Shown here piece after piece: positions 19,178-28,062 of a stretch of 64,000 nucleotides of DNA (position 1 is the first letter of the stretch; the number at the start of each line of letters is the position of its first letter). The notes beneath the pieces were generated by a model, which did no database searches, was not told where the DNA came from, and saw nothing but the letters and a program-made list of their open reading frames with translations. Source of the stretch: an uncultured virus (IMG/VR IMGVR_UViG_3300021963_000039) (taxonomy: Duplodnaviria; Heunggongvirae; Uroviricota; Caudoviricetes); the IMG/VR virus record IMGVR_UViG_3300021963_000039; one strand, 5' to 3'. A program made the position numbers and the translations under genes.

Positions 19178-19951
19178 TTATTCTATTCGTGTTCTTTTTG
19201 TAGTGTCTATTCCTCTTTTTCTTTGATATGCCGTTAGTGGTCCAGAAGTTGTAATATATCCGGTTTCGGTACACATCCATTTTTGTGAGTTAGTTACTTT
19301 AGAACCCAATTTTCCTGCTTCACCCAACTCCTTTTTTGACTGACTAAAATACCCACGCTTCAACTCCTTATTCATTTTTCCGCTTATTTTACCACCTTTT
19401 TTCCCATTCTCTTTCATTTCTTCTGTAGTTAATCTAAATATTCCTACTTTATTTTCTTTAGTGAATTTTCCGCCTATTTTTCCCCCTATTTTACCACCTT
19501 TGGCACAATTTTCTTTTTTTTCATTTTCAGTTAATCCAAATATACCATTTTTATTTTCTTGAAGTTTTTTGACATTTGCTCTTCTTTGTTCTGTGGAGAG
19601 AGTAAAAAATCCTAAACCAAGTTCTTTACATTTTTTACCACTATTTCTACAAACATTTAACGAAATAACACCGCCACAATTAGCATTCAGGCACCACTTG
19701 TCCTCATTATAAACAGGTTTAATCAATCTTGTTTCAACTTCTTGTGCTTCGAACCAACCTTCATCAGTAAAAGGAAAAACTTCTAATATTTGTTTCTTTG
19801 GAGTATAAAGTTCCCAACACCATTTGTTTGTTTTTGGAGAACCGATATAGTATTCTCCAAACTTTTTCTCTTTATGAACTCCATAGTAATAATACAAAAC
19901 TTCCTCAAAGGTAATCTTGTAGATGTATATTCTTGGACTTTGTGAAGTCAT
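19178..19951 (-). CDS. Free-standing GIY-YIG/Seg-like endonuclease C (MTSQ family)
   Basis: Paralogue of A, B and D; 4 repeats. Confidence 0.75.
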   Translation of the reverse strand: MTSQSPRIYIYKITFEEVLYYYYGVHKEKKFGEYYIGSPKTNKWCWELYTPKKQILEVFPFTDEGWFEAQEVETRLIKPVYNEDKWCLNANCGGVISLNVCRNSGKKCKELGLGFFTLSTEQRRANVKKLQENKNGIFGLTENEKKENCAKGGKIGGKIGGKFTKENKVGIFRLTTEEMKENGKKGGKISGKMNKELKRGYFSQSKKELGEAGKLGSKVTNSQKWMCTETGYITTSGPLTAYQRKRGIDTTKRTRIE

Positions 19952-20063
19952 TTCTATTCTATCAAACCCGCATTACTATTTATAAGAGTTTATAGTAGAA
20001 AAGGTGCCCGAAAGCACCCAATCTGTCCGTAGAGATTGCGGGTTCAACAGACATTCTTATTTA
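19952..20063 (-). ncRNA. Putative antisense sRNA/leader cassette C (near-identical to A)
   Basis: Same X/X' and terminator as 15538-15651; upstream ATAAATA overlaps the RNA ligase stop. Confidence 0.65.
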
Positions 20064-21226
20064 TCTTGGTAATTCCAATCCAAGTTTCCCCATAACCATC
20101 TTGCGGCATCAATTTTTGGCTGGGAACCCAAAGATTTACGGATTTGTTCTATCACAAGGTTTCTCACAGGAACACCCTTGCGTAATTTATACATAAATGG
20201 TTGATATTGAGGAAGAATAGAAGGAACCGCAACTGTAGCAAACTCCTTCTGGTCCTGCCCCTTATCAATTTGTTTGTAGAGGTCGTGGATGTCCGTACAG
20301 ACATCCTCCAGACCTGCGAGAAACGCCTTCTGGAAGCGTTGGATGCGGTCTGCGTCCTCTGGGGTCAAGAGCGGCACCAAATCATCCACAGCGTCTCCCA
20401 GAACACACTCAAGGACATTCTTCTCCTGACTGATGCTGTCTTTGGAGCGGTGGCGGAGCACATAATCATCCGCTTTCACCTTCACCATATGACCGGTATC
20501 AAAGCGAAGAACAATACCTTCACCATCATCCCATTCACGAACTTGTTTCACGAATAAATCAATATTCTGTAAGGAAAGACCATCAACTGCTTTTACAACA
20601 GGAATATTCCACGAGGTCGCATAAGACTTCATCACCACATAAGGTAAATAAGACCCAGTATGATTATAACGCATTCCGGTGAGAATGAGATTGTCTTCGG
20701 GATAATCCACCACAATTCGGTTCTTACGGGAAACCCACTCAAAGATAGGAGTGGTTCCTTTTTGTATGGATTTGCGAATGAAAGTATTATAGTGAGATTT
20801 ATCGGCAACAAACACTTCTGCGTTCATAGACACAGAAGTTATGCCGGATTTAGTACATAAGCGAAATCCATAAGAAGTTGGTTGAGCGGAAATTAATGAA
20901 CCATCTAACTTCTCAAGAACAATATGAGGTTCATAGAGATTGATTTTATTCAGTTGTGTTTCTTCTTTTTCGCCAACATTAAAGAACTTATGATATTTTC
21001 TACAAATCAGGTCTCCGTTCTCATTAAAAGTAATTCCCCTACATTCTCGTCTTACAGCAGAACCCACAGGGTCATTATCATCCCACTTAAAGGTTTCCTC
21101 AAGTGCGACCATATACTTGATTACGGTGTAACCTTCTTTCTCAATTACACGAAACTCTTTACGACCCTCAATATGGGGAAGAACATCATCAATATGCGTG
21201 ATGTGTGGGAAGTCGTAGGTAATCAT
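20057..21226 (-). CDS. rnlA: RNA ligase 1 (T4 RnlA-like)
   Basis: RECRG, KFFN, EKLDGS adenylation motif, EGIV, VKVK; start MITYDF after the promoter motif at 21248-21304. Confidence 0.9.
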   Translation of the reverse strand: MITYDFPHITHIDDVLPHIEGRKEFRVIEKEGYTVIKYMVALEETFKWDDNDPVGSAVRRECRGITFNENGDLICRKYHKFFNVGEKEETQLNKINLYEPHIVLEKLDGSLISAQPTSYGFRLCTKSGITSVSMNAEVFVADKSHYNTFIRKSIQKGTTPIFEWVSRKNRIVVDYPEDNLILTGMRYNHTGSYLPYVVMKSYATSWNIPVVKAVDGLSLQNIDLFVKQVREWDDGEGIVLRFDTGHMVKVKADDYVLRHRSKDSISQEKNVLECVLGDAVDDLVPLLTPEDADRIQRFQKAFLAGLEDVCTDIHDLYKQIDKGQDQKEFATVAVPSILPQYQPFMYKLRKGVPVRNLVIEQIRKSLGSQPKIDAARWLWGNLDWNYQDK

Positions 21227-21307
21227 AGTTTTTTTTATTATACAATCATTATAATACAAGTTTTCCAAAAATCAAGTTATATTGTGCCAGTTTAATGAGT
21301 GTCCCTC

Positions 21308-22213
21308 CTAAAACATTCTTTTTCTATTAGACACATCTATACCCCTAGATTTTTGGTATCTACTTAATGCCCCCGGTGAGGTAATAAAACCAGTTTCGGT
21401 ACAAATCCATCTTTGTAAGTTTGTTTTTCTCCCACATTCTTGGCGTTTTTCTTTAGGTATTGAATATATCCCACTTCCATTTTCTTTATTTTTAATAGCA
21501 CCTTTTCTCCCATTTTCTCTTATTTGTTCTGGAGATAATGAATATAATCCTGTACCATTTTCTTTGTGTTTTACTAAACTTTTTTTGCTATTTTCTTTCC
21601 GTTGTTCTTTAGTCAAAGAAAATATTCCGCTTTGATTGAGTTTAGTTTGTTCTCCACCTTTTCTAGCATTTTCTTTTATTTTTTCTTCATCATAAGAAAA
21701 TATTCCTTTTTTATTATTTTTACAAGAGTTTCCTCCTTTTATGCCGTGCTGCGACATTTCTTCTTTTGTGCGAGAAAATACTCCCTTTTTTTCTTCTTTA
21801 CTTTTGAGACCCGCTTTTTTACAATTGTCAATTCTTTCTTCTTCAGTTAATGAGAAAAAACCTGTACTATTATTTTTATTATTTGTTCCAACTTTTTTCC
21901 CATTTTTTCTCCTAATTTCTAATGATATTGAACCGCCACAATTTTCATTAAGGCACCATTTATCACTTTGATATACTGGACCAATCAATCTTTGTTCTAT
22001 CTCGTTTGCTTCTAACCAACCTTCATCTGTAAAATCAAAGAACTGAAGTATTTGTTTCTTTGGACTATAGAGTTCCCAACACCATTTGTGTGTTTTTGGA
22101 GAACCAATATAATATTCCCCAAACTTTTTCTCTTTATGAACTCCATAATAGTAATACAAAACTTCCTCAAAAGTAATTTTGTATATGTAAATTCTTGGAC
22201 TTTGTGAAGTCAT
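21308..22213 (-). CDS. Free-standing GIY-YIG/Seg-like endonuclease D (MTSQ family)
   Basis: Paralogue with six 26-aa repeats. Confidence 0.75.
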   Translation of the reverse strand: MTSQSPRIYIYKITFEEVLYYYYGVHKEKKFGEYYIGSPKTHKWCWELYSPKKQILQFFDFTDEGWLEANEIEQRLIGPVYQSDKWCLNENCGGSISLEIRRKNGKKVGTNNKNNSTGFFSLTEEERIDNCKKAGLKSKEEKKGVFSRTKEEMSQHGIKGGNSCKNNKKGIFSYDEEKIKENARKGGEQTKLNQSGIFSLTKEQRKENSKKSLVKHKENGTGLYSLSPEQIRENGRKGAIKNKENGSGIYSIPKEKRQECGRKTNLQRWICTETGFITSPGALSRYQKSRGIDVSNRKRMF

Positions 22214-22311
22214 AGTTCTACTCTGTAATTCGCATTACTATTTATACAAGAAAAGGAGCAGAAATGCTCCTTTTCTACCTTAAGTGCGAACTACAGGTAA
22301 TGTTATTTATA
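22214..22311 (-). ncRNA. Putative antisense sRNA/leader cassette D
   Basis: TATAAATA, X UACCUGUAGUUCGCA, terminator, TATAAATA, X' UGCGAAUUACAGAGUA. Confidence 0.65.
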
Positions 22312-22361
22312 ATACCTCTTAACAGAAAAGTCAAGAGGTAATGGACGGTTTATGAACTGGT

Positions 22362-22631
22362 TCAGGGATTGATTTCTTCCATCATTTCCTTCGCTATTCT
22401 ATCATACTTGCGGTTCTGTATCCAAGTGGTAATGAAGTTATTGGGATGAAATCTTATCATCCATAAAAGTCTTACCACATTTAATTTCATCATCTTAAAG
22501 ACCAATAAAAAATAATCGGCAACATTTTGGTCTATAATCATTATATACAGAGCAATTCCAAATACAAGAAGTAATCCGTAATTAAGTGAAAACATAGAGT
22601 TGTTTATGATGTGAGAATATTTATTAATCAC
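22362..22631 (-). CDS. Small membrane protein
   Basis: N-terminal TM segment. Confidence 0.55.
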   Translation of the reverse strand: MINKYSHIINNSMFSLNYGLLLVFGIALYIMIIDQNVADYFLLVFKMMKLNVVRLLWMIRFHPNNFITTWIQNRKYDRIAKEMMEEINP

Positions 22632-22665
22632 ATTCTATCATAAATTTACAATAATTTTGTATTAT

Positions 22666-23571
22666 CTAATCCAATCTTTTTCTTTTAGATGTATCTATTC
22701 CTCTTCTTCTTTGATATTGACTTAAATTTCCCGGATTGGATATAAATCCAGTTTCAAGACACATCCACTTTTGTGCGTTAGTTTTTTTACATCCTTCACT
22801 TTTACCTTTAGGATTTCCCAATTTTCCACCTATTTTGCCATTTTCTCTTCTTTGCTCTGTAGTAAGTCCGTGAATTCCCAACCCAAGTTCTTTTGCTTTT
22901 TTACCTGCGTTTTTACTATTAATAATCCTTTGACTTTTAGTAATGCCATATAATCCAATTTTTAGTTTTTTCTGCGTTTTTGCGCCTTTTTTACCATTTT
23001 CAATCAGTTTTTCTTTACTTTGTCCGCATACTCCAGTTTTATTTTCTTTATTTTTGTTTCCTATTTTTCTACTATTATTACTTTTTTCTTCTGGGGTCAT
23101 TCCAAATATACCAATTCCAAGTTCTTTTGCTTTCATTCCTCCAAGTTTTCCCCCAATTTTTCCATTTATTTTAGCATTTTCTTTCCTTTGTTCTGGGGTT
23201 AGAGAAAATATACCAGTTCCATTTTTTTTATGGTTGTCACCAACTTTCTTTCCATTTTTAGACGCCCATTCTTTTGACGGAAAATAACAAAATCCAGTAG
23301 AAGATGCCTTTGCTCTATTTGCGAAATGTGGATTATTTCCTACATCATAGTAGTCGTGTAAGATAATCTCATCAGCATTTGCCTCTACCCTTGTAATATA
23401 ATCACTTTTTAAGATTATTTTTTGAGTTGGTTTAAAAGTTTTATCCTTATAAGTTCCAAAATATCTTACATCTTCTTCAGGGAGACAATCACAACTTCTT
23501 ACCCCAAAATATCCTCTACCCCATTCTTCATAAGAATAATAGGTATAATGATACTCTTTTTGAGTTTTCAT
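22666..23571 (-). CDS. Free-standing GIY-YIG/Seg-like endonuclease E
   Basis: YTYYSYEEWGRGYFG N-domain (shared with G), five repeats and WMCLETG C-domain (shared with A-D). Confidence 0.75.
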   Translation of the reverse strand: MKTQKEYHYTYYSYEEWGRGYFGVRSCDCLPEEDVRYFGTYKDKTFKPTQKIILKSDYITRVEANADEIILHDYYDVGNNPHFANRAKASSTGFCYFPSKEWASKNGKKVGDNHKKNGTGIFSLTPEQRKENAKINGKIGGKLGGMKAKELGIGIFGMTPEEKSNNSRKIGNKNKENKTGVCGQSKEKLIENGKKGAKTQKKLKIGLYGITKSQRIINSKNAGKKAKELGLGIHGLTTEQRRENGKIGGKLGNPKGKSEGCKKTNAQKWMCLETGFISNPGNLSQYQRRRGIDTSKRKRLD

Positions 23572-23668
23572 AGTTCTTCTCTGTAAGTCGCAATACTATT
23601 TATACAAGAAAAGGAGCATTTCTGCTCCCTCTCTACCTATAATGCGACCTACAGGCATTACTATTTAT
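23572..23668 (-). ncRNA. Putative antisense sRNA/leader cassette E
   Basis: ATAAATA, X CUGUAGGUCGCA, terminator, TATAAATA, X' UGCGACUUACAG. Confidence 0.65.
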
Positions 23669-24240
23669 CAATCCCAAAAAAATTCTAACGCACGGAGGCA
23701 TCCAAAAAATTGATTATAATCACAGGAAATACCATAACTCTTACCTTCCTTGAGTTCGTCTATGAAGTTTAGAATACCGGTGGTTGCGGGATTATGTTGA
23801 AGATATTCGTGAAATCTAAACACATCAAACTTCTCATTATAAGAAAGAAAGGAACAATAATTGTCGGTGTATCCGGTCACAAATAAACTACTTCGGTCAA
23901 TACCAGAATTGTTTATAGTGTTCCATTTATAGGTGGGTTCTCCATTATATTCACCACATTCTTCACTAAAGTCGTGTTCCAGTCCGTCAATATACTCATC
24001 ATACTTTTCTGGGTCAATACAGAATTTAGTTTCTTTCCATTTTTTGGTTTCGTCCAGACACATTCCCCGGAAATCACCGGATGCCCTGAAGACAAGATTT
24101 AGAACATAATATTGCCAATCAGGAAACTCATCTCCTTCTTCAAAAATACCAATCTTTTCAGCGAACTTTTCCCCCGATGCCCATCTGGAACGATAGGAGT
24201 GATGTAGTATCTCAAATTGGCGGTCTTCGGTCTCATTCAT
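23668..24240 (-). CDS. Hypothetical protein
   Basis: 190-aa ORF. Confidence 0.7.
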   Translation of the reverse strand: MNETEDRQFEILHHSYRSRWASGEKFAEKIGIFEEGDEFPDWQYYVLNLVFRASGDFRGMCLDETKKWKETKFCIDPEKYDEYIDGLEHDFSEECGEYNGEPTYKWNTINNSGIDRSSLFVTGYTDNYCSFLSYNEKFDVFRFHEYLQHNPATTGILNFIDELKEGKSYGISCDYNQFFGCLRALEFFWD

Positions 24241-24409
24241 TTGTGTTTTCTCTCATCAGTATAAGTTTTCCCCAAATTATATCATAATAATTTTGACTAT
24301 CAATATCGTGTTCGTATACCTCATTTAGTTTAATTTTTGATTTAACCAAACTAATCAAATCTTCAATTTCTTGTTTGGTTAAGTTCTCAAATACTGGGTC
24401 GGTTGTCAT

Positions 24410-24739
24410 TTAATCTCGTCTCCTCCATGTATCATTTTCGTTCGTTAAATCATCTCTCTTAAACCAATCTACGATTTCATCAGGACTATTAAATCCGGTG
24501 CGATGATTTTGTGGGTCTGGGTCTCCTAAATCCATAGCATTTAGAAATCCATCCAAACTATCTTCTGTCATATCAGGATTTGATGCCTTGCGTCTTGCCT
24601 TTCTTAAGATTGAGGCAGCACTTTGATTTGATTTGGCGAGTTTCTCACACCATATCATATCACCAAGTTCTACTGCCTCTCCATTCACAATCTTAAGACA
24701 AATACCTTCTAATCTTAAACGATATTGAGTTGATAACAT
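24410..24739 (-). CDS. Conserved cyanophage hypothetical protein
   Basis: MLSTQYRLRLE.IC..I..GE.V.L.DMIW..KLAK; TAAATA upstream. Confidence 0.75.
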   Translation of the reverse strand: MLSTQYRLRLEGICLKIVNGEAVELGDMIWCEKLAKSNQSAASILRKARRKASNPDMTEDSLDGFLNAMDLGDPDPQNHRTGFNSPDEIVDWFKRDDLTNENDTWRRRD

Positions 24740-24777
24740 TTGATTATGATAATGAGAATGGATATTGAGAGTATTTA

Positions 24778-24978
24778 TTACCCAAATCCTTTTGATTTAC
24801 TTTTGGGTTTATCCAGAACCTCAAAGTATTTTAAGTAATCCGGAACCTGATTAAGAGAGAACCAGTGTGCCTGTGCGTTCTCATAATCATCAAAATCTAT
24901 TGTTCTTTCATCACAAAGATGAAGACGATAGATATGACGATTATAAGGTTTATGAGATGTTTGAGAGAAGATTTCCAT
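24778..24978 (-). CDS. Hypothetical protein
   Basis: C-terminal KGFG typical of cyanophage small ORFs. Confidence 0.6.
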   Translation of the reverse strand: MEIFSQTSHKPYNRHIYRLHLCDERTIDFDDYENAQAHWFSLNQVPDYLKYFEVLDKPKSKSKGFG

Positions 24979-25181
24979 TACTCAATCCCATCAAACTGAC
25001 GAATGTATGCGACACACTTCTTCCACTTCTCAAATTCCTTATCGCTAAAGTTGTCACTTGCGTATGGGATATTCACAATAGAAGCGCAAACACGATTTAC
25101 ATTTACGCGGATCATCATATCATTCGCAAATGCTGGAGATGAGAAAGGAAGAATGGCAAGTAGTGGAATGAGTTTCTTCAT
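24978..25181 (-). CDS. Small secreted protein
   Basis: Signal peptide MKKLIPLLAIL..AFA. Confidence 0.6.
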   Translation of the reverse strand: MKKLIPLLAILPFSSPAFANDMMIRVNVNRVCASIVNIPYASDNFSDKEFEKWKKCVAYIRQFDGIE

Positions 25182-25423
25182 AGATATTCTTCAAGAGTAG
25201 AAGATGATTTACGGTTTCGTGGAGTTTGCTTTACTTTTTTGAGAATGTATTCTTTTGCGAGATAAAAGGAACTTGAGGTATGAACCTGTTCCCCATTACA
25301 AATGATTACATACTTTTTGCCCCAAGGAACGGCAGCCCATTTTCCATCGCTGGTGACATATCCTTCCGGATGAGGTTCTTCGGCATTAAGAATGCGAATG
25401 TTTGGTATATTAGGAGTCAGCAT
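25178..25423 (-). CDS. Hypothetical protein
   Basis: GYVT.DG.WAAVPW motif. Confidence 0.6.
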   Translation of the reverse strand: MLTPNIPNIRILNAEEPHPEGYVTSDGKWAAVPWGKKYVIICNGEQVHTSSSFYLAKEYILKKVKQTPRNRKSSSTLEEYL

Positions 25424-25551
25424 GTGACATTCACAACCCTGGCGTTAGGATTCCGTGCCAAAATAACTCTTTGTGCCTCAGCGGGATTGTTAGCATAGAC
25501 TTCTTCTGTTTGGCGTTGATTGCCAGCGATAAAAATGACCCGATACTTCAT
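25417..25551 (-). CDS. Small hypothetical protein (44 aa, not in ORF track)
   Basis: MKYRVIFIAGNQRQTEEVYANNPAEAQRVILARNPNARVVNVTC after a promoter motif. Confidence 0.55.
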   Translation of the reverse strand: MKYRVIFIAGNQRQTEEVYANNPAEAQRVILARNPNARVVNVTC

Positions 25552-25577
25552 TTGAGTTTCCTCTGTTGGTTACTTGT

Positions 25578-25640
25578 GTATTATAGTAGAAAGGAGGTCC
25601 TTTGGGAACCCCCTGTGTGCCAGTTCAGCGATTGTTCCGG
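25578..25640 (-). promoter_or_regulatory. Repeated early-promoter motif
   Basis: CAATCGCTGAACTGGCACACAGGGGG...TATAAT; upstream box also present at ~25889-25914. Confidence 0.7.
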
Positions 25641-25834
25641 AAGCAGTTCTGGTTGATCCACTCGCCCACGCTGAAAGGGGGAATGAAGGCAGCGTATAGG
25701 ATGGCACGACGGGAAATGCCCTCGAAGCGATAAACTTTATCGCTGCTAGTAAAGGTCACCATAACCGTGCCGGTGATGGGGTTGCCGATGATCTTTCGGG
25801 CGCAACTACTGTACTTGGAATCGATTGGAAGCAT
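25625..25834 (-). CDS. Hypothetical protein
   Basis: 69-aa ORF between two promoter motifs. Confidence 0.55.
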   Translation of the reverse strand: MLPIDSKYSSCARKIIGNPITGTVMVTFTSSDKVYRFEGISRRAILYAAFIPPFSVGEWINQNCFRNNR

Positions 25835-25904
25835 TTGGTCTTGGTTTGTTTGATGATTTAGTCTAAGGGGTCAGGAGAGCATCTCTACCCCCCTGTGTGC
25901 CAGT

Positions 25905-26078
25905 TCAGCGATTGATTGTGCTGATGGCAACGTCCCCCTTCTGGAAGATAATATCCACCACACTCTGGACCTTCTGTGCGGTGCCCTTGGATACCTTGTC
26001 AAAGGTCGGGCAAATCACCAGACCATAGGATTTGGTGTAGGTCTCCAGAGCGCCTGCCTGAAGGGCACCAGAGCGGGT
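25905..26078 (-). pseudogene. Orphaned 3' end (57 codons) of a helicase allele
   Basis: TRSGALQAGALETYTKSYGLVICPTFDKVSKGTAQKVQSVVDIIFQKGDVAISTINR* aligns without gaps to the C-terminus of the 26824-28062 helicase; no start codon. Confidence 0.85.
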
Positions 26079-26079
26079 T

Positions 26080-26730
26080 TTACGGTGCTTTAGTGTATCC
26101 TTTGTATGATCTACAGTGCCCGTTATGTAAGTTTATCATACAGATATGATTTAGATTATTTTTTTCACAATATTCTCGTAAATTATCTATTTTTATTTTA
26201 TCACCATTTGGAGTTATATACCATCTTGTTTTAAGATTTTTTCCTCTTGTTGCGGCACTTATTTTTTTAAGAGTTTCTGGTGAATGTTTTTTACCATAGT
26301 TTGGATTTCCTTCACCCGAATATATCTCACTATAATGTTTTTTAAGATAATCAGGCATTTTTTTACCCATATGAGATTCACTTATTTTTCTTCTTGTTTC
26401 TTCATTATAAACTTTTCCTTTATGCGCTTTGCTAATTAATTCCCTTGTTCTTTGTGAAACATTAGAAGAACCTTCACCGCCATCGCTGATGTTGATGAGA
26501 ATACCTGTCCCTAAATCTTTTCTGCCAAGAACAGCGATCATATACATTTCGTGTTTATATGCTTCTATTTCATCAACAAAGTATTTTAATATTATAATTC
26601 TGTCCTTATCTTTTGGAGTAAAACTTCCGTTTCCCCTCCAATGTTCGGCAAACATTCTTCTTTTTTGTCCCTTTCCAATATAATAGGGAGTTTTATCCGT
26701 CTTACGAAGGTAAGCATAAGTGTAATACAT
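26080..26730 (-). CDS. Free-standing GIY-YIG endonuclease F with NUMOD3-like repeats
   Basis: YYTYAYLR..TPYYIGKG, E..MI, L.N..DGGEG; EETRRKISESH / HSPETLKKIS repeats. Confidence 0.8.
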   Translation of the reverse strand: MYYTYAYLRKTDKTPYYIGKGQKRRMFAEHWRGNGSFTPKDKDRIIILKYFVDEIEAYKHEMYMIAVLGRKDLGTGILINISDGGEGSSNVSQRTRELISKAHKGKVYNEETRRKISESHMGKKMPDYLKKHYSEIYSGEGNPNYGKKHSPETLKKISAATRGKNLKTRWYITPNGDKIKIDNLREYCEKNNLNHICMINLHNGHCRSYKGYTKAP

Positions 26731-26823
26731 TTGTGTCTTGGCGTGACTATTACTATTTATAATAGAATAGGTGTGGGACTTACGCAACTACAATCCGCCA
26801 AGACACAAGTTGCCGCCCACATA
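26731..26823 (-). ncRNA. Variant leader cassette F
   Basis: X UUGUGUCUUGGCG in the loop of a GUGGG/CCCAC + GCAAC/GUUGC stem; TATAAATA; X' CGCCAAGACACAA directly before ATG (13 bp perfect). Confidence 0.6.
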
Positions 26824-28062
26824 TTACTTTCTGATTACACTATCCACCAATTCTCCACGATTAAAAACAGTATCCAAACAATTATTAATTTTGGTTGCGG
26901 TATTGATACCAACTTTGTCAAATACGGGGGTAACAACAAGACCGAACTTCTTATTGTATGTATTCACACTACCGGGAGTAATTGTTCCATTTTTCATACC
27001 TTCAACATCCCTGGGATCCAAACGAATGGCACGACCAACGGTTTGTAAGATTTTAATGTAATCAGTATTGCGCTGAAAAACCACTCCATTCAGGCAAGAA
27101 ATATTCAATCCCTCAGAAAGAATATCAAAATGTAATACAACAAACTTTTTTTCTACATCTTTACCATAAGAATTAAGAGTATTAAAAAACACTTCCCGAT
27201 TGACTTTTTGGTTGTTAATGAACGCACCATATTTGCTGGAAATGTGGAGGACATCATATCCCATTTCTTCCATTTGTAGTTGAAAGTCAGTCTGTGTAGT
27301 AAGACCCACAATATCCTTGGTTTTTTTGGATACAATCAAAACTTTATCCATACCATAGGTATTGATAATATCGATAAGATTATGCTTATCGCGCTCATAC
27401 GGGCATCCGCCACATTCATCCGTAGTTTTGGACTTATGAGAATAGACTTTAGGAGGAACAATAAATCCACCGGCAATTAGTTCAGGTGCGGAAACACTAC
27501 AAATAATATTCCCATAAACATCAACATCATTCATTCCCGGTTTATCAATAGTAGCAGAAGTCTTTCTGGTAGCAGTAAAGAAGAATGAACGACCTGCTTC
27601 TGCGCTAAAATACTCTACCGCAGGGAAGAAATCACGACGCACAGAATTATGCGCTTCGTCGAAGTAAATAGTATCTACGGAGATATCTGCCCGCTGAAGT
27701 TGATGAAGAGAATGATAGGTCGTGAAAATCAGTTTGTGACCTTTTGTTGCCTCATACCAACCCCGAATGACATTAGGACGGGTAGAAGAGAAATGATGAG
27801 TTTCTCCCGTGTGAATATGAAGCACAGAAGCGTTGGTGATAAACTCCAGATACTCGCTAGAGAGTTGCTCTGCCAGCAAAATTCTTGGAGCAACAACTAC
27901 AATTGTCTTTGAGATGTTAGACTGGAATTGACGAACGGCATCAAAGATACCCACGTTAGTTTTGCCGCCTCCTGTTGGAAATATGCAGACACCTTTAGAA
28001 TGCTGTGAGAGAGCATCCAGAGCAGTTTGTTGGTGAGAGCGAAGTTGGATCACGGGTCTCAT
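26824..28062 (-). CDS. Superfamily 2 (DEAH, Res-like) helicase
   Basis: PTGGGKT, FDEAH, TAT, LSEGLN and QTVGRAIR motifs; follows the promoter motif at 28075-28134. Confidence 0.9.
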   Translation of the reverse strand: MRPVIQLRSHQQTALDALSQHSKGVCIFPTGGGKTNVGIFDAVRQFQSNISKTIVVVAPRILLAEQLSSEYLEFITNASVLHIHTGETHHFSSTRPNVIRGWYEATKGHKLIFTTYHSLHQLQRADISVDTIYFDEAHNSVRRDFFPAVEYFSAEAGRSFFFTATRKTSATIDKPGMNDVDVYGNIICSVSAPELIAGGFIVPPKVYSHKSKTTDECGGCPYERDKHNLIDIINTYGMDKVLIVSKKTKDIVGLTTQTDFQLQMEEMGYDVLHISSKYGAFINNQKVNREVFFNTLNSYGKDVEKKFVVLHFDILSEGLNISCLNGVVFQRNTDYIKILQTVGRAIRLDPRDVEGMKNGTITPGSVNTYNKKFGLVVTPVFDKVGINTATKINNCLDTVFNRGELVDSVIRK

